From Eledone cirrhosa (lineage: Eukaryota): 64,000 nt of DNA. Both the position numbers and the translations under genes were made by a program. The notes under the pieces are model-generated. The model searched no databases, was not told where the DNA came from, and was given only the letters and a program-made list of their open reading frames with translations. The stretch covers positions 170,004,001-170,068,000 of the forward strand of contig OZ024740.1 in NCBI GenBank assembly GCA_964016885.1, given 5' to 3'. Of this stretch, positions 1 to 12,000 are shown in pieces; within the stretch, counting starts at the first letter, position 1; the number at the start of each line of letters is the position of its first letter.

Positions 1-78
1 GATTTGAACTCAGATCGTAAAGGGACGTAACTATGCTGGAAAGCATGGCGTCCGACCCTCTACCGATACTGCCAATCC
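1..78 (-). mobile_element. tRNA-derived SINE, family S1, 5' part (cut by window edge)
   Basis: Reverse complement reads GGATTGGCAGTATCGG (A box) ... GAGTTCAAATC (B box); near-identical to copies at 18864, 22085 and 59425. Confidence 0.85.
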
Positions 79-327
79 ACCGACCATAATAATAATAATA
101 ATAATAATAATAATAGAAACATTAACTACAGACACAGCAGCAGCGACCACAGTAGTAATAACGGTAACAGTACGAATAACAACAACAACAACCACAGTGG
201 TAATAATAGAAATAATACATGTAGCAACATTAATGATAGACACAACAAAAACAAGAAACATAATAAAAGTAACAACCACAATGGTAGAAATAACAGTAAC
301 AACAACAATAACGGTGGAGAAAACAAC

Positions 328-425
328 AACAATACATCTAACAATCACAGCAACAATACATCTAGCAATCATAACAACAATACATCTAACAATCACAGCA
401 ACAATACATCTAGCAATCATAACAA
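328..425 (+). repeat. 24-bp minisatellite, 4 copies alternating A-B-A-B
   Basis: AACAATACATCTAACAATCACAGC and AACAATACATCTAGCAATCATAAC alternate inside an AAC-rich tract upstream of the PLE ORF. Confidence 0.8.
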
Positions 426-744
426 TAATAATGCTAATGATAGGTACAACAACAACCACCATAATAACAATAATAGCAACACACACAACTATGACGTTAG
501 ATATAATGACAACCCCTTAGAGAAACTATTCTTCAACCCAGCTGACAAAACATATAAGATGGGTAATATCTATCCTACGAGGTTACCTTTTAATAAAAGA
601 GTTTGCATACCACAACAAATAGATGACGAGACAGAGGCACAGTTCACCATAGCTAGAAATAAGATGAGACAAATAGTAGACCGGTAAACTAAGATACAGA
701 GCAGACCAGAGGTCCAACAACTTGGGAGGAAACCTGTAGAAGGC

Positions 745-1866
745 TTGGTTAGCCTCAAGCAGCGCACAAGGGATGGTGAGGTAGTATGTCTACCCACGGA
801 TAAGTCTGGTAGGATGTCAATAGACAGCATGCCGAACTACATCAAGGCTATGCAACCCCACATCACCAACACGAGCGAAATTGCACAGCAAATACATGAT
901 GGGAGAGAGAAAATCCTCAACGCTCACATGATGATGTGGACCGACATCCTAAAGCCAAGCAGACGCACTGCCAACAACTTCCAGGTGTCTAACAATAGCA
1001 TACCACCCTTGTATGGGCTCCGCAAAGACCACAAGACAGTCGACGAACAGGAGACAGACAGTTTAATATTGATCGCAGACTTGGTACGAGTGATGAAGAA
1101 CGTGTCCCGCATGTGCGACCCAACAGAAATGGAAAGACACATCCAACACTTCATCAACCGCATGCAGTTCTCTGGCTACAGCCAAAGAGACAGAATCAGA
1201 GTATACGAAGGACACACGGAGAAGTATAAGACCCTCATAGAACTGGACATGAAAGGAATTTGCCCATTACACAGGAGCAAATCATGGAATAGCTTAGATA
1301 GGGCTAGACATAAGATAAGGAAAGCCACCTCATGGTACGACAACCAGAGATACCAGAGTGTCATGTTTGTGGACGCTACCCCTGGAGGGAAATTAGCTAA
1401 CCAGTGTAGAAACGCCCTGAGAAAGACCCACTTAAAGATTATGGTGGTAGAAAAGCCAGGAACCTCCATAAAATCCCTGATCAGCAAAACATACCCTTTT
1501 AAGAAAACCCACTGTACTAATAGGAAATGTATCATATGTAAAGTAAACCCCCGGATAAACTGTAAAACTAGAAACGTAGTCTATAGCATAAGATGTACAG
1601 AGTATACTTGCAGAAACATGGCAACAACATACATAGGCGAGACAGCTCGTAGCATAGGTGAAAGGATAGACCAATACTGGGGGGAACTAAAAGGACGAAA
1701 AAACGGTTCAGTACTATACGAACATGCCAGACGACAACACGACGGTAACACAGACAACATAGAAATTAGAATAATATCTAAACATAGAAATGACCCAGCA
1801 GATAGGCAAATCAGAGAGGCCAGTGAAATAGAACTTAGAAGGCCAAGGCTAATCAGAAAAAAATGA
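745..1866 (+). pseudogene. Penelope-like element ORF remnant: RT core deleted, C-terminal GIY-YIG endonuclease retained
   Basis: PTDKSGR and PPLYGLRKDHK pre-RT motifs run directly into thumb/linker-type sequence, then a Cys motif (CTNRKCIIC) and NVVYSIRC...YIGETARSIGER. No RT DD motif is present. Confidence 0.8.
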
Positions 1867-2182
1867 ATGGAATAACAACGCCCAAACAAACAACACTGAC
1901 CTAAGAGAAGTATATAAATAAATATATAAATAAATAAATAAATAGATAAATAAATAAATATATACACAAGCACAATAACAACAAACACATATGAACACAC
2001 ACTAGTAAAGATAGAATACATTAACCAATACACAGTCACACAAACACGAACGCACATCAAACAAAACACTATACACACACGCAAACGCATGCGCAAAGAA
2101 GACAAACAAATAAACAAATAAATAAATATATAAACAGACTAAACAAAGATGGCATAGACATACAATGAAACGGGAGGAAACA

Positions 2183-2236
2183 ATAGCACCACTGACGATG
2201 TTGCAGATGTGCAACGAAAGAACTTTGATAGACTAT
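2183..2236 (+). ncRNA. Minimal type I hammerhead ribozyme-like motif (family A), 3' of PLE ORF
   Basis: CTGACGA 2192-2198, stem II GTTGCA-GATG-TGCAAC, GAAAG-AA-CTT; stem I is imperfect (ATAG.ACCA / TGAT..CTAT). Confidence 0.6.
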
Positions 2237-2425
2237 ATATATGTGTTTGTGTCTATATTGTATCTGTATTTTTGACCGTTGGTCAGTCAATGGCAAAATT
2301 GAGGACCGAATAAATTAAATTAACCGATATAAAAGATACAGAAGCGAAAACCAACCAAACAGTGAGTGTGTTCTGTTATTAATTCTAGCAATATTACACA
2401 AATATGACCCTCCCCAAGTATAACC

Positions 2426-2463
<38 letters not shown>

Positions 2464-2554
2464 AGTAATAATAATAAATTTGAAGACTAAATCCAAATCG
2501 GGTGAAAGCAGCGATTCTTTGCTTAAACTTTAATCTGTTATTTTAATAAATAAA

Positions 2555-2586
<32 letters not shown>

Positions 2587-2750
2587 TTAGAATTGGTACT
2601 CTGAAATAGCGATATATATATGAATGTATATATATAGTGTATTTTGCAATAGACTGCATGCGTAATTAAAAGCATTTCGAAGACCTTACGCTATTGTTTT
2701 AGAGTGACAGTCTCACTTACTTTAAATTTTCAGCAAACAGGGGGAGATAA

Positions 2751-2795
2751 AGCTGACAGAGCTCTGTTTCGTACTGCTTGGTACTTATCAAAGAT
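2751..2795 (-). ncRNA. Hammerhead ribozyme family B, U3-A8 core variant
   Basis: Minus strand: TTGATAA-GTAC-CAAGCA-GTAC-GAAAC-AGAGCTCT-GTC-AGC, enclosed by a ~20-bp stem (2727-2746 / 2801-2820). Confidence 0.7.
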
Positions 2796-3069
2796 AAGAA
2801 CTCCCCCTGTTTGTTGAAAATCATGAATGTTTTATTCTTATAGAATTCTAGTAATAATCAGGAACTGATTATACAGAGCGGTTGCCGGTCAAGCAGAAAT
2901 TGAAAATTAGAATTGGGGCTCTGAAATAGCGATATATATATGAATGTATATATAGTGTATTTTGCAATACACTATGCTTAATTAAAAGCATTTCGAAGAC
3001 CTTACGCTATTGTTTTAGAGTAGTGACAGTCTCACTTACTTTAAATTTTCAGCAAACAGGGGGAGATAA

Positions 3070-3113
3070 AGCTGACAGAACTCTGTTTCGTACTTGTTGG
3101 TACTTATCAAAGC
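3070..3113 (-). ncRNA. Hammerhead ribozyme family B, U3-A8 core variant (second unit)
   Basis: Minus strand: GCT-TTGATAA-GTAC-CAACAA-GTAC-GAAAC-AGAGTTCT-GTC-AGC; stem I GCT/AGC; GUC cleavage triplet. Confidence 0.75.
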
Positions 3114-4169
3114 AGAGTACTGCACCTGTTTGCTGAAAATCATAGCGTAAGGTCTTTGAAATGCTTTTAATTAAGCATACAGTCTATTGCAAAATACACT
3201 ATATATACATTCATATATATATCGCTATTTCAGAGCCCCAATTCTAATTTTCAATTTCTGCTTGACCGGCAACCGCTCTGTATAATCAGTTCCTGATTAT
3301 TACATGAAAAAAACAAAGTTGTCTCTGATCGAGACGAAGCGTGCGTGTATTTGAATACATAATAGAGAAAACTCATCACTAGAACAGCCGGTAAAACAGC
3401 TAAATGCTGTCAAAGGCAGCGATGGACAAAATATGTCACAGACGACAGAAACTAGTGGCCACAAGGTGAGTGAGGGGGAAATGAAATATGGAAAAGATTG
3501 AAAGAGGAGGAGGGCAAGGAGTAATGTGTTGGCGCTCAGAAGTAACTGGAAGAGGAAATAAAGAAAGGTGATGTACAAGACAAGTCCACACACTCACATC
3601 TTCACCTCCATCAGTTCCTAGAACCATCAAAATAGTTTGGCACGATTTAATTGAGAGTATTATTTAACTCGTGCGGAACCATTTTGCTGGTGATCAACTT
3701 GTATTGAAGAGTTTTGTTTGTACTGTCTCGCGTAGACATATGATAACCGCCGTAATTATCCACTTTATAATACATATATAGTGGTTCTAGAACTGCCTTG
3801 AGGCATTCCAATAAATCAGTAGAGTGTTAGCTGAGGGTGATTTTACCGCTGTTTCTAGGAGGAAGAGTGGCCAAGTATGGGCTCCCACGCTAGGTAACCA
3901 GCAAACATTCTATCGCATTCATTGTATCATTGTATAAATATTAGTGTATAAATTTAGATCAAAAGAAATAATAATTGTTTCGCCTCACTGATTTTGCTAA
4001 TTGATGAAGCATATCAAAATAATTTCTAACTAAACATTATATATTTCAAGAAAAGCTTTATTAAACTGTCTAACAAATTACTTAGCGTGGGTATTTCCAA
4101 TGCAGAGCCTTTTACAATCGGTTTTAATTTCAAATAATTTTGTTCTTTTATTCTTTTATACTTCTTACA

Positions 4170-4560
4170 TGTTTCGGTCAGTAGATTGCGGCCATGATAC
4201 AGTACCACCTTGATTTAGTCGATCCCCTCGACCCTAATACGTATTTATTTAAGTCTGTTACTTATTTCATTGATACATTTCTGTCGAACCGCTAGGTTAT
4301 AAGATTTAAACACAGACAGGGACACACACACATCTATCTATATAAATACATACACACATGTACACATACATGCACACACGCACATTCATACACAGATACA
4401 TACATACACACATAAATACATACATACATATATATATACATACACACATCAATTGCACTCACAGGGCATTGGTCAGCCCAATGCTATATAGTATGAGACA
4501 CATACTCAAAGTGCCATATAGAATTATCTGCACAGCCAACTCCGAAACCACCCAGAAATG
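4170..4560 (-). mobile_element. Highly decayed SINE with internal (CA/TA) microsatellite
   Basis: Segments TAGTCGATCCCCTCGACCC...GAACCGCTAGG and CACTCACAGGGCATTGGTCAGCCC...AAAGTGCCA resemble cephalopod SINE bodies as I recall them; no second copy in the window. Confidence 0.4.
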
Positions 4561-4954
4561 ACTGCGATTTAACAAACATCACGCAGTGCTTTACTTATGT
4601 GTAATTTGGTTAGGCCATAGCAACATCTGAGCTTTCATTTGAAGTTTCTTACGTCAAATTATTCAGCCTTGAAACATTTGTGAAAAGTGTTCAATAAACC
4701 CAGTTGATTTTCTGTTGTTATTTATTATTTATAGCAGTTTGTTTTTCATATTAATTATTATCTTCAGTATAAGTTCTTTATAATAATTTGTATCCATAAT
4801 AACAACAGCACTAACATTATCGGTTTCTTTAATTGGAATTTCAATGTTTTCATGTAGATAATTTAGATTTTTCCATTGTGTAAGAAATTCGATTTTATGT
4901 TCCTATCTAGTTCAAATTATATCAATGAGGATACTCTTTGTATATGTATATTGG

Positions 4955-5056
<102 letters not shown>

Positions 5057-5625
5057 TGAGTGTGTGGCGATGTGAAAAATTGTGTATATGGATTAATATT
5101 ATTAATGAATATCTATCATATAGATAAATTATGTTTCATTGAAACAGGAGACAGACAGTTATTGGAACACAACATGAGACAATTCATTTACACTATTAAC
5201 TGAGCAGTTATTACAATTCCTAGAATAGATCATTATTGTTTTGTTTTTGATTTCTCATGATTATGTGTCATTCTTTTGTGTATAAAATAGTTACTGTGAT
5301 ATAGATCGATATCTCTATGTATTTGCTCTTGCTATTATTGCTAGTTGCTGAAACATATGACCTTGGAGGAGCTGTCAAACATTACACGAATGAGATTTTG
5401 ATAAAAATATGTTTATAGCTCAGACATAGTCTTGTAGTTAAGAAGTTCGCTTTGCATCCACGTAATGTCGGTGTTAACTCAATTTCTCAGCACCTTGACT
5501 AAATGTTTTGTACAATAAAGCTTTAGGGTAGCTAAATAATGGTGGTCGAAATTGCGTCGGCATAAGGTGTGTGGTGCAATAATGTGCCACTTAGATTTGT
5601 GTGTATATATATCAGCATGTCTACT

Positions 5626-6272
5626 TATCCCCGTGAATATCTCACCAAGATGGAACGCATGCTCTTCCAGTTCCTTTGGAAGAAGCAGGCTCCACTTGTG
5701 AGGAGATCCGTCTGCTGTCAGCACCCTTCCAACGGAGGGCTGGGAATGCCGTGGCTGATGATGCGCAAACACGCGCTGAGGCTACGGCATCTCCAGGTAT
5801 TCTTCACCGACCAACCGGTGTGGGCCCCTTTTCTGAGACAGGCCTTCCCGCAACTTATCTGGCTGACGGAGCTGCAGTCTTGGGTCAAGCGGAGACCAAA
5901 GAAAATAGGCACCTGGCCCATTGAATGCGCTCAGGCGCTCACAGTCCTCTTTCAAGCGGGCACAGCAATCAGTGAAGACTCCACTTCGACATTCTATTGA
6001 GGGTTAGTACGTTACAAGTGCGACGACGTGTTCGGAGAGACTCTGGGCGTCGAAGACGAGGAGATCACCAGTCTGTTCGGAAGGACTTTTCGCCCGGGAC
6101 CCATGGAAAACTTCCAGAGATCTCTGGCCTGGCAGTGCTACCGAGGAGCTCTACCAGTTCGAGACAAGATCTGCAGGCACGGACGCCCCGGCAGGGATCC
6201 TTCCAAGAGGACGTGTCCAAGATGCGAGCAGGACATTGAAACCGTCTTGCACGCAATTGTACACTGCCCAGG
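5626..6272 (+). mobile_element. L1/Tx1-type LINE ORF2 C-terminal fragment
   Basis: CCQHPSNGGLGMPWL and CPRC...ETVLHAIVHC motifs; close copy of 13117-13745. Confidence 0.9.
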
Positions 6273-6284
6273 TCAATTCACGAC

Positions 6285-8190
6285 TACCTCCTTCTCATGC
6301 GATACATCATAGAGAGGGATGGGAACGAACCCGGCTTTGGTGGGGTCCTGATCAACTTGGATCAATCTAAGGCGTTCGATAGGGTCGACCATCGTTACCT
6401 GGATCACTGCCATGCACAGCAGCCGCATCTGCCGCATCCGACAGGGATACCCTCTCTCCTCCCTTCTGTATGTATTAGCCCTAGAGCCACTGCTGCGGAA
6501 GTTGGAGTTGTTACAGGGCATCCCTTTGGAACCGGGATTGCGGAAAGCGGTGTCGACCTACGCCGATGACGTGACAGTAATGGTGTCAACCACCTCGGAA
6601 ATTGGAGTGATCGGCACCTTACTGGAGGAATACGAAACATTTACAGGGGCTAAGCTGAACCGAGACAAGTCAGTCGGTTTGCAACTCGGCGAGTGGAGGG
6701 GTAAACCGATGGCCTCCAACGGCGTCGTTGGGCGTTGGACGGACCGCCTGGTGAAGTTGCTCGGGGTCTGGTTCGGGCCAGACCTCCAAGTGGAGAAGAA
6801 CTGGGGTGATGTATCGAACAGGGTGTTTGCGCTGACGCGGAAGTTGGCTGAGTGCAAACTATCGCTGAAAGGTCGGGCGGAGGTGGCGAACGCTTATATA
6901 GCGTCCGTCATCTATTACCGCCTGACCGTTGTGCCTTGCCCAAGCGAAACGCTCACCAAAATGGAGCGCGCACTCTTCCAATTCTTTTGGAAGAAGCGGG
7001 CTCCTTTGGTGAGGAGAGCCATCTGCTGTCAACACCCTTCGAAAGGAGGGCTGGGGATGCCGTGGCTGCTGATGCGTAAACACACATTAAGGCTACGGCA
7101 CCTCCAGGTATTCCTCACCAGTAAACCGGTGTGGGCCCCGTTTGTGAGGCGAGCCTTTCCGAAACTCGTCTCGCTCACTGAGCTGCAGTCCTGGGTCAAG
7201 CAAAGACCGAGAAAACTGGGCGCCTGGCACACCGAGTGTGCCCAGGCGCTCCCGGCTCTCTGGCAGGCGGACCCAGCTATCGGTGGAGACTCCACCTCGT
7301 CATTCTATAGAGGGCTGATTGTTAGTAGGTGCGACGCCCCATCGGACAAGCCCTAGGTATGAAGGAAGACCCGGAACCTATGAACAACCTCCAGAGGTCA
7401 GTGGCCTGGCAGTGCTACCGAGGGGCGCTGCCCGTTCGAGAAAAGCTCTACAGACACGGGCGCCCGCGTAGAGACCGCTCGAAAAAAATCTGTCCCAGAT
7501 GCGTGCGCGACGAGGAAACCGTTGCGCACGCATTGGTACACTGCTCGGGCGTTGCCGATCTGTGATGCTATGTCAAACAACTGCTGTCACGGGTGGGACC
7601 AATCCGGTTGACGACTGAGTCCATTGTAACGATCAAGCCGCCTCCCCAATTCAAAAATGAAGGAGTGGCGGTCTTCCTCTGTGTAATAGCCATGGTGAAA
7701 GAGGTGGTATGGTGGACACGTTTGAAAGGGCTGATGTCGGACACCTTTCTCTCCGGCCAACATCTGGTCCTTTTCTTTAAATACCATTTTAAGAGAAGTA
7801 TCAGAATGGAGAGAGAGGTGCTCTACCCCAGCAAGTTTTATGAAAGGTGGGTGAAAGTAGCGAGAAGGGCCCGTGCGAATGGGCCTTCTCTCTTTATCAG
7901 CCTGTAGGTGGAAAGGTGGAAGTGCAAAGGAGCACTCCCTCTCTGTGCTCCTAAGGAAAAGCGTTGCACACTTTTTCAGGTGTGTGTGTAATCCCCAAAA
8001 CGCCTCCTCCCTATTGAGGACTGTATTGTTAATTTTATATTTGTTATTTGTTATTTGTTTTTTACTCGTTCCTTCATGTAAACTCCCCCCCCCCCCTTGT
8101 ATTTGTCCCCTTCTTTTGTGCCCTCGTGGCAAATAAATAGAAACTTATCTATCTATCTATCTATCTATTTATCTAACTATCTATCTATCC
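6285..8190 (+). mobile_element. 5'-truncated, internally deleted Tx1-type LINE with (TCTA)n tail
   Basis: DQSKAFDRVDH, RQGYPLS, YADD, GGLGMP and CPRC motifs; stops and deletions; AATAAA at ~8132 followed by (CTAT)n. Confidence 0.9.
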
Positions 8191-9093
8191 ATCTATATAT
8201 ATATATATATCTAATAGATAGTTATATAGGTAGATATATTCATGTAAAGAATGAAATCAGTCCATCAAACAAGGATATTTTGCAATACTTAATTCTCCCA
8301 GCAACAATGATCTATACCTTTTATCCTTTACAAAATCAATACGTATCTGACAAAGTACCGGGGTCGATAAGACGCATAAATGCAATTCAGTCACTGAAGT
8401 CAATAAAAGAAATAGATTAAAGGGTAATCAACGATGTGTACTAAGTAACATCAACCTTCGAGTGCCCGACTAAAGGATTTATCATATTCAATTACCATCC
8501 ACTATTTTCTGAGACAAATTGTCTTCCTGTGTTTTTCGAAGCTCAATAAACATAAACAATAAACGTGTACTATGTACAACCTACTATTTCTTGATTTTGC
8601 AAATATATGGACTTGGCGTTATATAAAAAATATCATGTATTTAGGATTGATATTAAATCAAGGCATAGCTTCTTAGTGAATGTAACCTGAAATAGTGTTT
8701 CTATTGGCAGACGATTTTTTGATTTGCGAATGTATAGCTAATGTGTTCGAGAATGATATGGAAGTGACAATGATTTCATTGAAGATAGATGTTAAAATAT
8801 GTATATACTGTTGGATAATGTTTTTGAGAGAGAAATGGCTTCCATTACATTATATATCAGTGGTGACGTAGGTAACACGAATGATCAATAACATAATTAT
8901 ATTATCTAAACTACAGTACGTATAACAATGGAAATAATTGAAAATTTAATTATCATAAAAATTTATAACACATTGTTTTAACTATGAAGGATAAAATTGA
9001 AGCGCTTCCCGCCATAAGTGGAAATGGGAGCGTTAAAATGAATGTCACTATGGCAACAGGTAGTGACCGAGAAAAATCACACCAAAAAAAAGT

Positions 9094-12000
9094 ATGGAAA
9101 CACATGCGGCACAAACAAATATTGAACAAGAAAAAAACACAACTTCACAAATGAACTCCACAACCACAAATCAAGCATTTGAGAACAACAAAAACAAAAA
9201 CAACAACAACGACAACAATGACAACAACAACAACAGCAACCATAACAAATCTAAGCAAAGGAACTTTTACAAATATTGATATTTCCAATGCAAAGGAAAT
9301 GATCAATGAAGGAAAAAAATATATTACCTTCGAGGAAAAAGGGGGATTTAAAATAACCTTTCCGCTACGAGTCAAAGCCGACACTATACGAAGGACTGTG
9401 ATTTTTCGCACGATTTTGAACAAACAAAAAAAACGACTTCAATTACTCAAGGCGAAATTGAAATCATCTTGAAAGAGGCAATGGCGGAAATACAATACAT
9501 ACAAAGGGCTAAATTGTATGGAAGTATTTCGGTGCTCTTCAAAAGTGAGGCCCTTGCGAAAAAATACTCAGTTACCCCGGTCACCTCTGCCACACACACC
9601 TTTTTCCCTACATACACGGAAAAAAGAACACAAAGAATTAACATCACCAATATACCACCCAACATTAACATCTGGTGGATTCTGGCAGGGTTCTTGGAGG
9701 AGGATGAAGACACAATACTGTCTATTCAAACATCCACAAGAAACACCTGGAACGGCAAAAGCCTGGAAATTTTGGTCCAAATGAAACCGGACAGAATTTC
9801 CAAGATACCAGAAAGGGTGCCAGTAGACGATACCAATTACATCCACATTTCGGCAGATGGCAGGCGACACATTGATTTAAATGCGCGAGCACATCGCATT
9901 TAAAGGCCTCCTGTCCTCTCTTACGAACAAACACCATCACCCCCCAAAAAGTACTTTAACCAACACCAACTACAAAACCACAACAACAACACACAAAACA
10001 AGCAAACACACAAAAACAAACAACTATTCAACCACAAACAACAGAAAAAAACACAAGTAATTCCCCTGAAAAACACAGTCCCAACCCATCCCACTCCATC
10101 CAACACTACCATAATCACACACACAAACACACCATCACCATACAACATGCCCCTCCTACACGCCCCTGATGACGATTCATCACCAGACGAGGCTACTTCT
10201 CCATCTCCAAGTGAAGATGAAGGAGAGCCTCGTAAATCAAAAAGACAAAAAGAGACACCACAAAGCCACAAAAACAACAATCACCAATACAAACACACAA
10301 CCACCAACACAAACAACAACACAAATACTACCACAATCAACCCCCTACCAGCAAAATAAAGACCAACACGACCACAAACACAAATGCCCACCATAAAAAG
10401 AAACAACAAACCAAAATGGAGGTCATCTCCCAAGACCCCAAAGTAGAAACTGAGGGAAAAACTTTTGTAAAAGCAGACTCTCAACCACACCTAAAATTAA
10501 TAAGGGTTTCGAAAGAGACCTATCAGAAATTGAAAGAAAAGTTTTCACAAGACATTGGCAACCCCTGCCAAAAACTAATAAACCAACCGTGTCCTGTTGA
10601 AATGTTTCCCCACCCCACTCAATACACCACCTAAACTGAAATGGAGATTGAACAACCCGATCTCCAGGAAACGAAAAGGTAAGTGCACCTTTTCGTCCTT
10701 TTTGCCAACTCTTTTCCACCAACATGGCTGACTTACGAGTTGGAAGCGTGAATGTGCGTGGCCTAGGGATGCCCTGGAAACAGGGCCAACTTTTAAACGA
10801 CCTTAGGTAACACGGTATAGATGTAAAAGCCATCACCGAGTCCAGCATCCACAACAGGCAACAACTAACCCCTATCTTCAATGACTTTGAGATCAACGCA
10901 TCTCTCTGTCAGCCGGAAGGTGGAGGGGGAGGGACTGTCATATTTCGGAAAAACCTGGATCTCGAAGTTCAGCAAGTACACTTGGACCCGGAGGGTAGAG
11001 TGGTAGTCCGAGACGTGAACAGTATTGGAGGTGGACCTTCAGGCTTGTGGCCGTTTATGCCCCGACCGAGCAATCACAATCGCCACCAGATTTCTTTAAG
11101 CGTCTAGAGTCTTTTCTGGGAACGTCTCGCTCCTTGCTTTTAGTGGGGGACTGGAATGGTATCCTAGATGCACGATGGGACTATGTGTGAGCATGTCCCA
11201 GTAGAGCGGGGTGCAACAACCTCAAAAATCTGATCGGCCAATTCCAACTGGCCGATAGATATCAACTAGATTTCCCGACTGCGCCACAGTGGACGTGGGC
11301 AAACCACAGCGGGACATCTAGATCGTATCTAGATAGGTTTTTCATTAGAGAAAAGGACAAGAAGATGTTAAGCTGTCCACAAATGCACATGGTTGCCTAT
11401 TCAGATCACAAGCTAGTCGTCTGCATAGTCAACCGTGATAGAATACATAGACAAGGACACGGATACTGGATGCTGAACGTGTCGTTGCCGGCACGAAAAG
11501 CCTACAGTGACTGGATAAGTAGATTAGTTAAGCAAGAGTTGACGGGAACCATCGTCAACAATAGATCGTGGTACTCTCTCAAGAGAGCAATTAGAGTATA
11601 ATCGATAGGGTTTAGCAGAGAATTAGCTTTAGAGAAAAACAAATCAGAAACAGAACTATTAGCCAAAGTAGAAGAGGCGCTTAGGAGTGGCAACGCATCC
11701 AGAGTACTAGCATCGAGAACGGCACTGAACCAGTTCTTCGACGCGAAACACGAAGGCTGCGTGGTCAGAAGTAAATCACGTACTCTAGGAAACGAGGGAG
11801 CAAAAGCTGTTAGCTGGGCCCGAGTGGCGGAAGCCAAAAGTGGCAACAAGTCCACGATTCGGTCTTTGAAAGACCAAAACGGTCGCGTACTACTTCACCC
11901 CAGGCAGATGTGCGCGGCCCTTCAGCGGCACTTGCGCGACTGTTTGATCAGAACGACGGTGCACTGAACGGGGCAATGGACTTTGGTTCATACCTCGACA

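Larger units (their letters stand above)
2586..3303 (-). mobile_element. Retrozyme-like element family B: ~320-bp unit in tandem plus inverted partial copy
   Basis: Units start at 2586 and 2906 (ATTAGAATTGG...). 3144-3303 is the reverse complement of ~2851-3010. Each unit carries a hammerhead motif; (TA)n lies upstream. Confidence 0.75.
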
